From positions 463,113 through 527,112 of IMG/VR virus record IMGVR_UViG_3300005613_000001: DNA of 64,000 nt, one strand, 5' to 3'. Shown piece after piece: positions 39,801-48,663 of the stretch (the stretch's first letter is position 1; each line of letters opens with the position of its first letter). The notes under the pieces were generated by a model. It was not told the DNA's origin. It ran no database searches and worked only from the letters and a program-made list of their open reading frames with translations. Position numbers and translations under genes: made by a program.

Positions 39801-42800
39801 CATAGCTTCATCCCCAGCACCGCCTTTTTTAATGCCAAAGAATCTACTAAACATACTGCCTGTGTCTGCGCCTCCGGTTAATGCTCCTAATATGGAAGAT
39901 TCAACAGCACCGGCTATACCTTCGCCCTTAAACACGCCGGTTGCAGCATCTCTTTCAAGGAAGCCACTAAGAGCACCCAACATATGACTAAGACCAGGAA
40001 TCTTTAAAACTTTTCCCGCACCCTTACCTACAGTGCCAGCGGCTTTACTAAGAGCAGAAACAGGGGCTACCTTTAATGCCTTTATGCCTCTATCAAGTGC
40101 TTTAGCCCCATCAGCAATTTTAGCTGCGGCTGGCGTCATCATCTTCGTCACAACAGGCGGAGAGATGCCCTTAGCCACACCCTTAGCAGTGGTTAATGCT
40201 TTTGCAATTTTACCACTTTCTACAACTGGTTTTGCTCCCCCACCCACCAGCATTCCAGCTTTTCTCATCTGTTCAACTTGTGCTGCTTTTTTGGCTCCTT
40301 CTGCTGCCTTTGTGGCTTTTTCAATTGCTGTCGCCATTTTGCCGGGAGCCTCACCAATAGCTTTTATTGCCTGCGCAACATATGGTGGCGTCACTTGTTT
40401 AACAACTTCTGCTGCCTTGAGACCTTTAATCCATTCTTTTGCCATGCCAGCCTTAGCAATTACATTAGATTTAGCTGCCGCTGCAAACTTTCCCGCTCTG
40501 GTTGCGGGTGGCATTTTAGCTGCCGAGAATGGAACCACAGGAGCTTTTGTAATTCCAAGAGCTTGTGATACGTCTTTTACTGTTTTCCCAAATCTACTAC
40601 CAGCGATAGCCTTGGCTCCTCTTTCTGTCAAAGCTACTGCTCTCCCTAGAACTGGAATTCTCTTAGAGAATTCCAGCATTCTCTTCCCATATTTAATTAA
40701 ATTGGTTGCTCGACTTGCAGTGTAGATGGCAGTAAAAGCTTTCCTGCCATAATTTACCATTTTCGCAAAAATACTAGCAGTTTGTTTGCCCCATTTAGCG
40801 GCCTCATCTGTCAGACCTGTCATAAACTTTCCAACATTACCAAATTCTATTTGTTTGGTATATTGAAGGAATCTAAAGGCATGATCTTTAGCGGCTGCCA
40901 TTCCCACTCTTGCATAATCAGTCATCCTTGATATGTCTTTATTTCTAAACACACCAGCAGCTACGTCGCCAAGAGCAGAAAGATGTTGTTTGCCCTTCAT
41001 AGTAACTGATGTCATAGCCTGGTTGAACATTGGAATTTGTTTAGCCGCAACAAAGTTCATCAAGGCTGGGGAGAAAGGCATTCCGCCCTCTGCCGCAGTT
41101 TTATAATCTCTTGCTGGTTCTGCCATTTGTGCAAAATTCATAGCCGCTATTTCAGGGGCAACGCCGACAACACCACCCTCAGCGAAATGAGGAAGCGAAG
41201 AACCATATCGATCTTTTAAGAATTGCAAAACACCAGCCACACCCTTTGCGGTATAGTCAGCAGGAATAATAAGTTCTCCCCCATGAACAACAGCCGGGAC
41301 AGCCCCGGAACCTGGAACTTTACCACCATCTTCCCAAAGCCAACCACGACCAACTAAAGCCGACCCAAATCCAGCTATACCCTCAGCCGCACCACCTATC
41401 ATCTTGCCTGCGCCAACTACTCTACCCACTGTATGTCCATACAAACCACCTTCTTCACTCCCCGTGACTACATCTGCAAGTCCACCACCCCAACGACCAG
41501 CACCTCTAGCCATTCCCCAACTTTCACCTTCCATACCAGCAGCACCAGCTTGGAAGTTTTTAACCATCTCAGAATTAACTATTGCTTCTTTTGTTTCTTT
41601 CCAAGGACGGGTGATAACACTCCAAAGCCAATCACCTATACCAATTAATGCTTCTGTAATTGTAGTCCATAAGAATGAACCAACTTTCTGTATGGCTTTT
41701 GGAAGAGCCCGGAAAGCCCCTCCAATTGTCTCGAAGATCACCCCAGGCAGTCTAAGGAATACCCCTACTAGCATTTCCCAAATAAATTGCCCAGCACCAT
41801 AAAGTGCCGTTCTTAATCCATCTGTGAACATAGTGCCATCAAGCGTGAAAATGCCTTTTAAGATTTTTCCTATGCCACTAAAGAATTTCATAAGTGCCTT
41901 CACTACAGGCAACACAACTTTCAAGACGCCTTTAACCAAACCGGCAAGTGCTCCAACAATCAATCTAATTGGAACTAAAACAACGCGGATAATCCAACCA
42001 ACAACCCATCCAATTTGTTTTAATACCCAACCAATAGCTTTTCCTACCCCCCCGATTACGGAAGCTAGTGTTTCCACGATACCAATAGCATCTTTGGCTT
42101 TCATCCCAAATCCACCAAAGGCTTTTTGGAAATCCTTAAAGATATCGCCCAGCATTTCCCCAAACTCTTGGAAAGGCTTAAATATCTCTTTTATACCATC
42201 CCATAACCCAATGAATACATTTTTAATAAATCTTCCTATACCCTTAAGAATTCCCCAAAGTATCTTTACGGGTATCATTACTGTTTGTAGTGCCCAAGCA
42301 AGAGGCGGGAAAGCATCAAACAGAAGAGCAAGTTTCTGAGTCAGCCACCCGGTAGGTCCAAGAGCCCCTTTGAATAATCCAAATGTAAGGGTATTCAACA
42401 CTCCGGTCATAAATCCAGCACCCTCAGCGGCCCACTTTTGGTTTAAAGTCAATTCGTCTAACGAAGTATTAAATATATCTGTGGCGTGTTCGGCAGCATG
42501 GAATGCATGTACTATTCCACCTATTGCTCCCGCAACTGCCCCAATGGCAAGTAGCCCTGTAGCTGCGCCGCCACCCAACGCTCCACCAACCATGCCAAGT
42601 CCACCCTTCACACCGACACCACCGGCACTCAAAAGATGAAGCCCTTTACCAATGTTTATCAGCCCACCACTCAATTCCCCGAAGATTGATTTAAACGTTC
42701 CTGTCATGACACCCAGGCCAGCAATTGCAATTCCACCAGCCCCTAACAAGGTGAACATATAATTCATAATTTTCCCTGTGTTTGAAGCAACCAATTCATT

Positions 42801-44837
42801 TGCTTCCATTATGCGGTACTGAATAGATTTAACAGGGTCTAACTTCCTCTCCCTAGCAGTTTCTATTTTTTGCAAGTCTTCATTTAAGGTGCTCATTGCT
42901 TCACGAATTAATGAATCTCTCTTATCCTCCGGGCCTTGTAATGCTTTCTGCATCATTTTAGAAGTAGATTTTATATCAACATCAAATTCATTTCCCATTT
43001 TAGCAACAAGATCAAAACGAGTTTTGTATAGCCCATTTATTTTTTCTTCATGTGATGCACCCGCTAATCCTAATTTGGCAAATGCGCCCGTGCTACGTTC
43101 CATTTCCTGTTGGAATCTTGCCCCACTTCCTGCAAACATCTCTTCTAAGGGGGCTCCTGCAAGATCTAACTTTTCAGCCTTTGTAATTGCAGTGCTATAC
43201 TCATTCAACAATTGACCCGTTTTCTGCAATGTGGTGCTGGCTATCTTTTGCTGATATTGCATATACTCTTGAGTTGTTCTAAAGTTTTGATCTCGTTCAG
43301 TTTCTAATTGCTTCATCCTTTGCTCAAAGCTCATAAAGCCTTCTTCAGTGGCTTTAATTGCCATCTGCATATCACCCAAACCCTTAAATGTCCCTCCTGT
43401 TATTTGTTGTGTTACCTCATTTAAGTATTGCCTGATTTCAAATGGAATATCTTGCAAATCAGCTTCTAGTATGTTGCCCGATAAAGCCTTCCTTATTTCT
43501 TTAGGAGCTAAACTTACAATGTGCTCCATGTGTTTTTTCAAACCACCAACAAATCGCTGCCCAAGTCTAGGATCATGCATTACTTCTGTGGTGAAAACTT
43601 CATGTGCAACTCCGGCAAGTTCACCGGCTCGCATTAAGAACGCTCTAAACCCAGCATCGGCTCGTCTAAAATCACTCAAACTACTGAGTGCTTGTTGTAT
43701 CGAAGAAACCTGTTCTTCAACACCATATTTTTGTGCCGCTGCCGTCATTGCAATCATATTCTTAGCAGCGGTGGTAGATAGGTTTGCTGAGTTTCGAAGA
43801 TTCTTCATGAACTTATCTGAAGCCTGCACAGCTTGCTCTAAATTCTCTCCCGTAACCCCTGTCATCTTGGCTATTTCACCCGTTGCACCACTTAAAACTT
43901 GCAACTCCCCTGTATTTAATCTAAGTTGCATATGCCAATCATGAAATCTTGAGGCGGTTGCGTCTACATTCATTCCTAATTGTTTGGCTGTAAACAACCC
44001 AAGCTGCGTCACCTTCAAGCTTTGCTGTTGGCTCTTAATGCCTTTCTTGAGGTTTTTCATATAGGCTGCTAAGAATTTATGCCTGATGACCCCTGTGTAT
44101 TTAACCTGTTTTCCTATCTCTCTTAATCGCCCCTGAATATTAAACATGGATGAATCAAGTGCATCAGTTTGATATGCAATTTCTCTCATCCCCCGAATGA
44201 ATTTATATTCTTCTACCAATGCTCCTTCAAATATTGATTGAAAAGCAATTGCTGTGCCACCAATTTCTGCAATTCGCCTCATACCGCTCATAAACCCGCG
44301 ACCTAACCTGCCACCTCCCCAATTCCAGCCACCACCTCCTTGACTCCCAACATCAGCGCCACCACCCATACCTGCATTAATTAAATCATCTATATTATCA
44401 ATAACAACGTGCTGGGCGCTTCCGAACACAAAGCGATTATTTTGTTTAACGGTTACATCGAGCAATTTCCTAACTTGCCCCATTAATGAACCTAAATTAT
44501 TAAGAGGCGAAGAAACACTTCCCAAATCGCCACCTAAAGCAGTTTGGAATCCTCTCACCATCTCTCGCATAGACATGCCCATCCCCACATCCTTGAGTTT
44601 GGGGGATCTAGTCTTAGGTTCCCTTTTAGCATCCTTAGCATCACGCCTTTCTTTATAGTCGTCACTTACAGATTTAATAAGTTTTGAGGCACTCTCTAAT
44701 CGATCACCAAAATTATCAGCAAACTTGTCTAAAATTGCCTGCAACTCTTCAGCAACATCAGATTTTTTGACAGTTTCCCCTTGGGCAACTTCTGCTGTCA
44801 TTCCTCTTACTAGATCATCAACTGTAAAATCTGCCAT
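36873..44837 (-). CDS. Tail tape measure protein (2654 aa)
   Basis: Ala/Gly-rich amphipathic repeats, F..D...IKEG units, two H.GE.(I/V)IP motifs; directly upstream of the baseplate genes. Confidence 0.92.
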   Translation of the reverse strand: MADFTVDDLVRGMTAEVAQGETVKKSDVAEELQAILDKFADNFGDRLESASKLIKSVSDDYKERRDAKDAKREPKTRSPKLKDVGMGMSMREMVRGFQTALGGDLGSVSSPLNNLGSLMGQVRKLLDVTVKQNNRFVFGSAQHVVIDNIDDLINAGMGGGADVGSQGGGGWNWGGGRLGRGFMSGMRRIAEIGGTAIAFQSIFEGALVEEYKFIRGMREIAYQTDALDSSMFNIQGRLREIGKQVKYTGVIRHKFLAAYMKNLKKGIKSQQQSLKVTQLGLFTAKQLGMNVDATASRFHDWHMQLRLNTGELQVLSGATGEIAKMTGVTGENLEQAVQASDKFMKNLRNSANLSTTAAKNMIAMTAAAQKYGVEEQVSSIQQALSSLSDFRRADAGFRAFLMRAGELAGVAHEVFTTEVMHDPRLGQRFVGGLKKHMEHIVSLAPKEIRKALSGNILEADLQDIPFEIRQYLNEVTQQITGGTFKGLGDMQMAIKATEEGFMSFEQRMKQLETERDQNFRTTQEYMQYQQKIASTTLQKTGQLLNEYSTAITKAEKLDLAGAPLEEMFAGSGARFQQEMERSTGAFAKLGLAGASHEEKINGLYKTRFDLVAKMGNEFDVDIKSTSKMMQKALQGPEDKRDSLIREAMSTLNEDLQKIETARERKLDPVKSIQYRIMEANELVASNTGKIMNYMFTLLGAGGIAIAGLGVMTGTFKSIFGELSGGLINIGKGLHLLSAGGVGVKGGLGMVGGALGGGAATGLLAIGAVAGAIGGIVHAFHAAEHATDIFNTSLDELTLNQKWAAEGAGFMTGVLNTLTFGLFKGALGPTGWLTQKLALLFDAFPPLAWALQTVMIPVKILWGILKGIGRFIKNVFIGLWDGIKEIFKPFQEFGEMLGDIFKDFQKAFGGFGMKAKDAIGIVETLASVIGGVGKAIGWVLKQIGWVVGWIIRVVLVPIRLIVGALAGLVKGVLKVVLPVVKALMKFFSGIGKILKGIFTLDGTMFTDGLRTALYGAGQFIWEMLVGVFLRLPGVIFETIGGAFRALPKAIQKVGSFLWTTITEALIGIGDWLWSVITRPWKETKEAIVNSEMVKNFQAGAAGMEGESWGMARGAGRWGGGLADVVTGSEEGGLYGHTVGRVVGAGKMIGGAAEGIAGFGSALVGRGWLWEDGGKVPGSGAVPAVVHGGELIIPADYTAKGVAGVLQFLKDRYGSSLPHFAEGGVVGVAPEIAAMNFAQMAEPARDYKTAAEGGMPFSPALMNFVAAKQIPMFNQAMTSVTMKGKQHLSALGDVAAGVFRNKDISRMTDYARVGMAAAKDHAFRFLQYTKQIEFGNVGKFMTGLTDEAAKWGKQTASIFAKMVNYGRKAFTAIYTASRATNLIKYGKRMLEFSKRIPVLGRAVALTERGAKAIAGSRFGKTVKDVSQALGITKAPVVPFSAAKMPPATRAGKFAAAAKSNVIAKAGMAKEWIKGLKAAEVVKQVTPPYVAQAIKAIGEAPGKMATAIEKATKAAEGAKKAAQVEQMRKAGMLVGGGAKPVVESGKIAKALTTAKGVAKGISPPVVTKMMTPAAAKIADGAKALDRGIKALKVAPVSALSKAAGTVGKGAGKVLKIPGLSHMLGALSGFLERDAATGVFKGEGIAGAVESSILGALTGGADTGSMFSRFFGIKKGGAGDEAMGIMGAAGTGAMAGAALGSVVPVIGTGMGAIAGAVSGGVAELYKIMTDAGSPLRKFLMSWAPGIDAIIKPLKYLAEGIKATFSGAWQVIKGLFTLDFKSMGDGLVTMLLAVPKMLYKSVVAIVPAIGKQIIALPKYFAAVILKLPQLLYQAVAGIFTSIGGMADKVTGPIGAILKTILTPFKLIGEIAGGIGGVLGGLFSTVVGLFSFDFETIKEGFGRAIIALPNMVGNVIGMIGKSLIAVVGNVPQFFLNMFGKIFVDLPKYLMNAISSGLESLSKGIFAPIFQPMLDGWNSIKGVIMGIIEPFEATFAMLKGVFSDIKNTLMTVFQPFFGPLLDVKSGLASVSGFFGMLGTALGGIVGAIGWVAKQIGWLIGTVLKPLGTVVGWVASAALVPLQVGIQGLGLAAKFLINTIGVVVKVIVTLLKPAIMGIGKIIGGVVNSIAGFVHILTGILTFDWDKIKEGFKRIWDGFVSLVGGIFTSLGGTIKAVFWEIPKILGGYFLNGLQAVFVDFPIWLGSSLLSGLKATLIDFPIWLGSSLLSGLKATLIDFPIWLGQSLLGGMKSVFLDFPVWLFTSVTQGLANLGTWLWDHTIGALIDAIPAWVKNLFGGAAADASKGYGETAGEQMNTMLTEGPGVMHGLGGMAGGVGDMLKGDLLQGAGKIAGGALETGVGAVTGTAKAAWGGVKAVGSALNPFNWFKEGSREITKTGLGVLHEGEAVIPNEALKGIKAEGDGPFRGVLDGVTGFIGKSFKNITNMAMNPLETVKKVGGFLGGAFDKIKGAAINFATNPMDTIKGLGETAKGFVSKSYETLKTVGGRLIDDPLGVMGGLTEAGGKLLSGDFTGAAATATTALMGEAAPVATTALPEVHDEIKKEQAGGEPTTTKVAGEELSEMVTHLKKNVDLLTAMNAHLIEMVSIMGEGSEIIPYEDNSMGDASPGSSKPIAPAKYPALNVGLAAASPGRQGRFGQSTRPY
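38084..38272. repeat. 57-bp (19-aa) tandem repeat within the tape measure
   Basis: GCCAAATTGGGAAATCAA at 38141, 38198, 38255; encodes FPIWLGSSLLSGLKATLID. Confidence 0.92.
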
Positions 44838-44845
44838 TTATTACC

Positions 44846-45472
44846 TTAAATTTGCTCCGGTGGTGCCACAGGAGGAGGATTATTTATATCTATGAAACCT
44901 TGTTGCTGTTGTCCTCGCATCATTTCTATGTATTTACCTGATAACTCTTCTGCCTTAGGTTGAGCCCGCCTCCTAATTTGTTCTTGGATTACTTTGCGTA
45001 GATTATCGACTTCATTAGGATCTAACGCACGAACAGAGGCGAGAACATGCAGAATAAAATCACAATCTAGGGTTTTAAGTCTTTTTATGCCTGCACGTTT
45101 ATATGTTCTAAAGGCATTTACTATATATTGATCTCCTCTAATGTTATAATAAGAAAAGCCATTATTATCACAGTTAGCTTGTAACAAATTTTTAATATAG
45201 GGAAAAGTCAGGTAGTGTAGATTTACGCCTCGGATATACAAGGGGAAAATATCAGTAACGACAACAAGGGGATATGGGTCGTGTTGCCAGAACTGATAAT
45301 TAAAGTGGACTAAACTGCCTTTACCGATAGGTTTAACACTTGGTCCATACTGGTTGGCAGCGACTCGGCGTACTGGTCCTTGCTGTTGGGTAATTCTTTT
45401 GAATTGATTTTGCATACTAGCGGGGATGCCGAGTCCCGCTGGTAATCCCATACTATTCCTAATTGGAGGCAT
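44846..45472 (-). CDS. gp2: T4 gp2-like DNA end protector
   Basis: G.L..F.Y....D.YPL........GVNLHYL. Confidence 0.65.
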   Translation of the reverse strand: MPPIRNSMGLPAGLGIPASMQNQFKRITQQQGPVRRVAANQYGPSVKPIGKGSLVHFNYQFWQHDPYPLVVVTDIFPLYIRGVNLHYLTFPYIKNLLQANCDNNGFSYYNIRGDQYIVNAFRTYKRAGIKRLKTLDCDFILHVLASVRALDPNEVDNLRKVIQEQIRRRAQPKAEELSGKYIEMMRGQQQQGFIDINNPPPVAPPEQI

Positions 45473-45491
45473 ATTTTATATATGCCTCCAA

Positions 45492-46001
45492 TTAGTTTGT
45501 TGTTGTTCCGTGGGTCCATCCTTGGACCTGATTGGCGTAATCCGTGCCAGTAGTTCGTACTGTGACTCTACCGAGTGGGTCACCAGATTTATCAAATTCT
45601 GATTGTTTCAATTCGTTTTCGGCTTCTGCACTTTTTTGAAAAAACCTGTTTAATTCTTCAACAATAGATTTTATTACTGCTTTACCGGCTTTTTCTTGAT
45701 TTTTGGTATCTGTCATATAATCGGAGAACATGTCCTCTATATCTAGGGGGTATGCTTTACCGAACGGATGTGTTTTTTCTTCTCTTTGAATACGATAAGC
45801 TAGAGAGTCTGCGATTTTATAGATTCTTACACCATCAAATGAGGTTCTGCCATCGGGGCATTTCAGGAACAAATGAGGCTCTTCATCTTCACGGTGGTCG
45901 CCAACAATTTGATTATTTTTTTCTAGTATTTTTTTAACAATACCAAGTTGTTTCTTAGCTTCTCTTGACTTTTTATCAATAAATTCATTAAATGTATTCA
46001 T
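45492..46001 (-). CDS. Hypothetical protein with capsid-targeting-like N-terminus
   Basis: MNTFNEFIDKK. Confidence 0.65.
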   Translation of the reverse strand: MNTFNEFIDKKSREAKKQLGIVKKILEKNNQIVGDHREDEEPHLFLKCPDGRTSFDGVRIYKIADSLAYRIQREEKTHPFGKAYPLDIEDMFSDYMTDTKNQEKAGKAVIKSIVEELNRFFQKSAEAENELKQSEFDKSGDPLGRVTVRTTGTDYANQVQGWTHGTTTN

Positions 46002-46204
46002 TAGAATTGTGGCTCCACTTCATCTCCGCATTGAGTACACCAAAAACGATTGCCTTTTCTGAGAATTCTGCCATCGTGTCTGCATTTGTACACGCTAACA
46101 CCTAAACCAGAACCTACACGGGCGGCTCCCTGTTCCCGTTCTTTTCTTCGGTCGGGATCTCTCGTTCTGAAATCTACTTCCGCTAACCATTGTTTAAATT
46201 TCAT
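46001..46204 (-). CDS. Small zinc-ribbon protein with capsid-targeting-like N-terminus
   Basis: MKFKQWLAE; CRHD...CTQC. Confidence 0.65.
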   Translation of the reverse strand: MKFKQWLAEVDFRTRDPDRRKEREQGAARVGSGLGVSVYKCRHDGRILRKGNRFWCTQCGDEVEPQF

Positions 46205-46464
46205 TAGTGGTGATCCCCTTCAACCTTTTTCAACTTTGTATAGTATTTAGGGTCTTCTCTAAGATGAGCCACAGCAATTTTCATAATTGTTCCCTTGTCA
46301 TGACCAGGAACTACATCTGTGTCTTTGCCCATCTTATCGTCGTGTTCCTTTTCTACTTCCATGCCCATCGCCAACTCTTTCATATTTACGCCTTTAATAT
46401 CTACTTTTGCTGTTTTGGCGATTTGTTCTAAACTATTTGATTCAAAAAACTGTTTAAAATTCAT
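46204..46464 (-). CDS. DUF5661-like protein
   Basis: LAMG.EVE.EH...KIA.AHL.EDP.YYTKL; MNFKQFFE start. Confidence 0.75.
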   Translation of the reverse strand: MNFKQFFESNSLEQIAKTAKVDIKGVNMKELAMGMEVEKEHDDKMGKDTDVVPGHDKGTIMKIAVAHLREDPKYYTKLKKVEGDHH

Positions 46465-47777
46465 TATGGATTCCTCAGCAGCATTTCACTGACATCTGGC
46501 ACACTTCTAGATAAAGCCTTTAAGTCACTTGGGTTGCCATTATAGGGTATTTCTTTAAAACTCATTCCCTGCAAGGTGGAAGCTGCATTCTGAAGCAGTT
46601 CTACATCTGCCAACAAGAACAACATTCCATCTCTCCGTTCCATAAATGGGAGCTTTTGCATCTCTTTAGCTCCACTAGCATCAAGCTTTCCTGTAGGTTT
46701 TAAGTAATCAATTTTTAAATCCAACATAGGCACAATTGATCCATTGTCATCAATCATTGCCTCTGAATTTTCAGACCTAACTGCTCTGACTACCATTTTG
46801 CCTTCTTTGTATGCGCCTCTTAATGAATTGGATAAATCCCATCCAAGGCAATAAACTGTACCGTCTTCACCTACAACACTTATTAAAAATGCTCTTGTCT
46901 TATACTTGTTAGCAATAGATTCCATTACCACACGCCTACGGAGCACATCGCGTTCTTCAGGGCTTCCTTCTTCCATTCGGTCCAACTCAGGCTCTTCCAG
47001 GTAAGTTTCAGGGTCATCCTCTTGCAATGCCCACTTCCCGATTAGAACGTCACCAAATTCAGAATTAAATCTTGTAGAAATACCAATAGAGAACTCTCGC
47101 TCATTAAAGACAACATCCTCTTTTGTAGAACCAGAACCCACTTGTACGCCTCCAATTAAAGAGGCGATGTATTTTCTATGTGCATCCCCTTTAGCCCCAT
47201 ATAGCCCAGTCATCTTAATAAATACATTATTCAATTCGGGCATGGTTTTAAGAACATCTTGTATGTGATTGCATAAACTGGTCGCAGGATTGTTTTGATC
47301 CAATTGATCTCTGATGAGCTTTCTAACCTTATCTGACGCCTGTTTGACATTAGCGTTTTGACGAAGATATTGAACTTGAATATTATCTTCAACAAATTTT
47401 CTTTCATATGGTTCTAACTCTCTATTGCGAACACCTTTAAGTAATTCCAAAAGATCATTAGGATCACCCTTCACAGATTCTTTAATATATTTTTGTTTCC
47501 ATTCCTCAAAATCTAGATCTTCCCGGTCTTCTGGCATATCTGGGGCCGGAGGATCATTTGTAATATCTTCTGGGGGCTGCTCTGGCATCCCTTGATTGGT
47601 GATGTTGGGATCAGGAGGCTGATTAGGGTCAGGCTGTTGTGCGGTTTGGTCAGGATAACCGCCTGGTCCTGCACCTAAAGGATTTGCCCCGCCTGGTCCT
47701 GCACCCGCATCCGGTTGCCCACCAAGCGACGGAATATCAAACTCTGCCAGCCAATCGTCATAAACAATATCGCTCAT
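46464..47777 (-). CDS. Hypothetical protein with Pro/Gly/Gln-rich N-terminus
   Basis: 437-aa coupled ORF; AGPGG duplicated; globular C-terminal part. Confidence 0.7.
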   Translation of the reverse strand: MSDIVYDDWLAEFDIPSLGGQPDAGAGPGGANPLGAGPGGYPDQTAQQPDPNQPPDPNITNQGMPEQPPEDITNDPPAPDMPEDREDLDFEEWKQKYIKESVKGDPNDLLELLKGVRNRELEPYERKFVEDNIQVQYLRQNANVKQASDKVRKLIRDQLDQNNPATSLCNHIQDVLKTMPELNNVFIKMTGLYGAKGDAHRKYIASLIGGVQVGSGSTKEDVVFNEREFSIGISTRFNSEFGDVLIGKWALQEDDPETYLEEPELDRMEEGSPEERDVLRRRVVMESIANKYKTRAFLISVVGEDGTVYCLGWDLSNSLRGAYKEGKMVVRAVRSENSEAMIDDNGSIVPMLDLKIDYLKPTGKLDASGAKEMQKLPFMERRDGMLFLLADVELLQNAASTLQGMSFKEIPYNGNPSDLKALSRSVPDVSEMLLRNP

Positions 47778-48238
47778 TTTTTACCCTTTTTACTATGTTT
47801 ATCTATTTCATCCATGAGCATTTGTTTGGCATCTTCCTCTGATTTGTTAGGGCCAAAATTGTAAGTGTTGTGCTGTTGTGCTGCTAAGTAACCCGGCATC
47901 GTATTCCGCTCTTTAAGCTTAATTCGTGTCATCAGGTCAGCAATCTTAATTTTTTTGTCTGCTGTGTCTGCTTTTAATTTCATTAAATTAACAATAGCTT
48001 CCTTTGCCGCAGCACTAGACTCACCATCATTTGTTACCATATCTATGAATGTCGCAAGCAACTCACTCGCCTCATCTCTGTCCTTTTCTATCTGATCTAA
48101 TACACTGTCATAAACGCCTAATAATTTATCGTCTGTGACTAGTGGATTTTCTTCGCCTTGAGCTTGTAATTCAGTAGATTTAGCCTTTTCCAATGCTACA
48201 CTTTCGTCTATAATTTCCGGTTCTTTGATTTCTTTCAT
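47774..48238 (-). CDS. Acidic helical hypothetical protein (start reassigned to MKEIKE)
   Basis: ATG at 48238 follows an AT-rich TATATAT element. Confidence 0.6.
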   Translation of the reverse strand: MKEIKEPEIIDESVALEKAKSTELQAQGEENPLVTDDKLLGVYDSVLDQIEKDRDEASELLATFIDMVTNDGESSAAAKEAIVNLMKLKADTADKKIKIADLMTRIKLKERNTMPGYLAAQQHNTYNFGPNKSEEDAKQMLMDEIDKHSKKGKK

Positions 48239-48296
48239 AACGTAAATATATATCAATATAGTACAGTATTCCGAAAGTAATTAGGTACATATAAGT

Positions 48297-48662
48297 ATGG
48301 CTGACTTTGAAAATCAAGTTTCTGAATCTATCCGATCCCTGTATGAATTAACCTCTCGTATCGATGAGAGAGTAAAGAATATGGGTAGTTCACTATCTAC
48401 AACGGATGGTAAAATAGAAAAAGATCGCCAAAGTCAAACTGAATTACTACAGAGAATAGCAGCGCTGGAAAGTAAAAATGGGGCGGGGGCTCAAATTAAA
48501 GAATTGGGCGACCGGCTGCGAAAACTAGAGTTGCAAGTTGGAGCCGTAGAAATTATATCTACCGGAAATCAAAGCAAATGGGCGCTGATGACCGATGCAT
48601 TTATGAAAATCGCTGTCATCCTCGCAGCATCCATCCTTATTTGGAAATTGGGTATAAATTAA
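48297..48662 (+). CDS. Coiled-coil protein with C-terminal TM anchor (XhlA/holin-like architecture)
   Basis: Heptads followed by FMKIAVILAASILIWKLG. Confidence 0.65.
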   Translation: MADFENQVSESIRSLYELTSRIDERVKNMGSSLSTTDGKIEKDRQSQTELLQRIAALESKNGAGAQIKELGDRLRKLELQVGAVEIISTGNQSKWALMTDAFMKIAVILAASILIWKLGIN

Positions 48663-48663
48663 T

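Noticed and set aside
37414-43944. Many plus-strand ORFs opposite the tape measure (also opposite the fibre and baseplate genes)
   Set aside because: Antisense shadow ORFs caused by codon bias; no SD sequences or domain motifs
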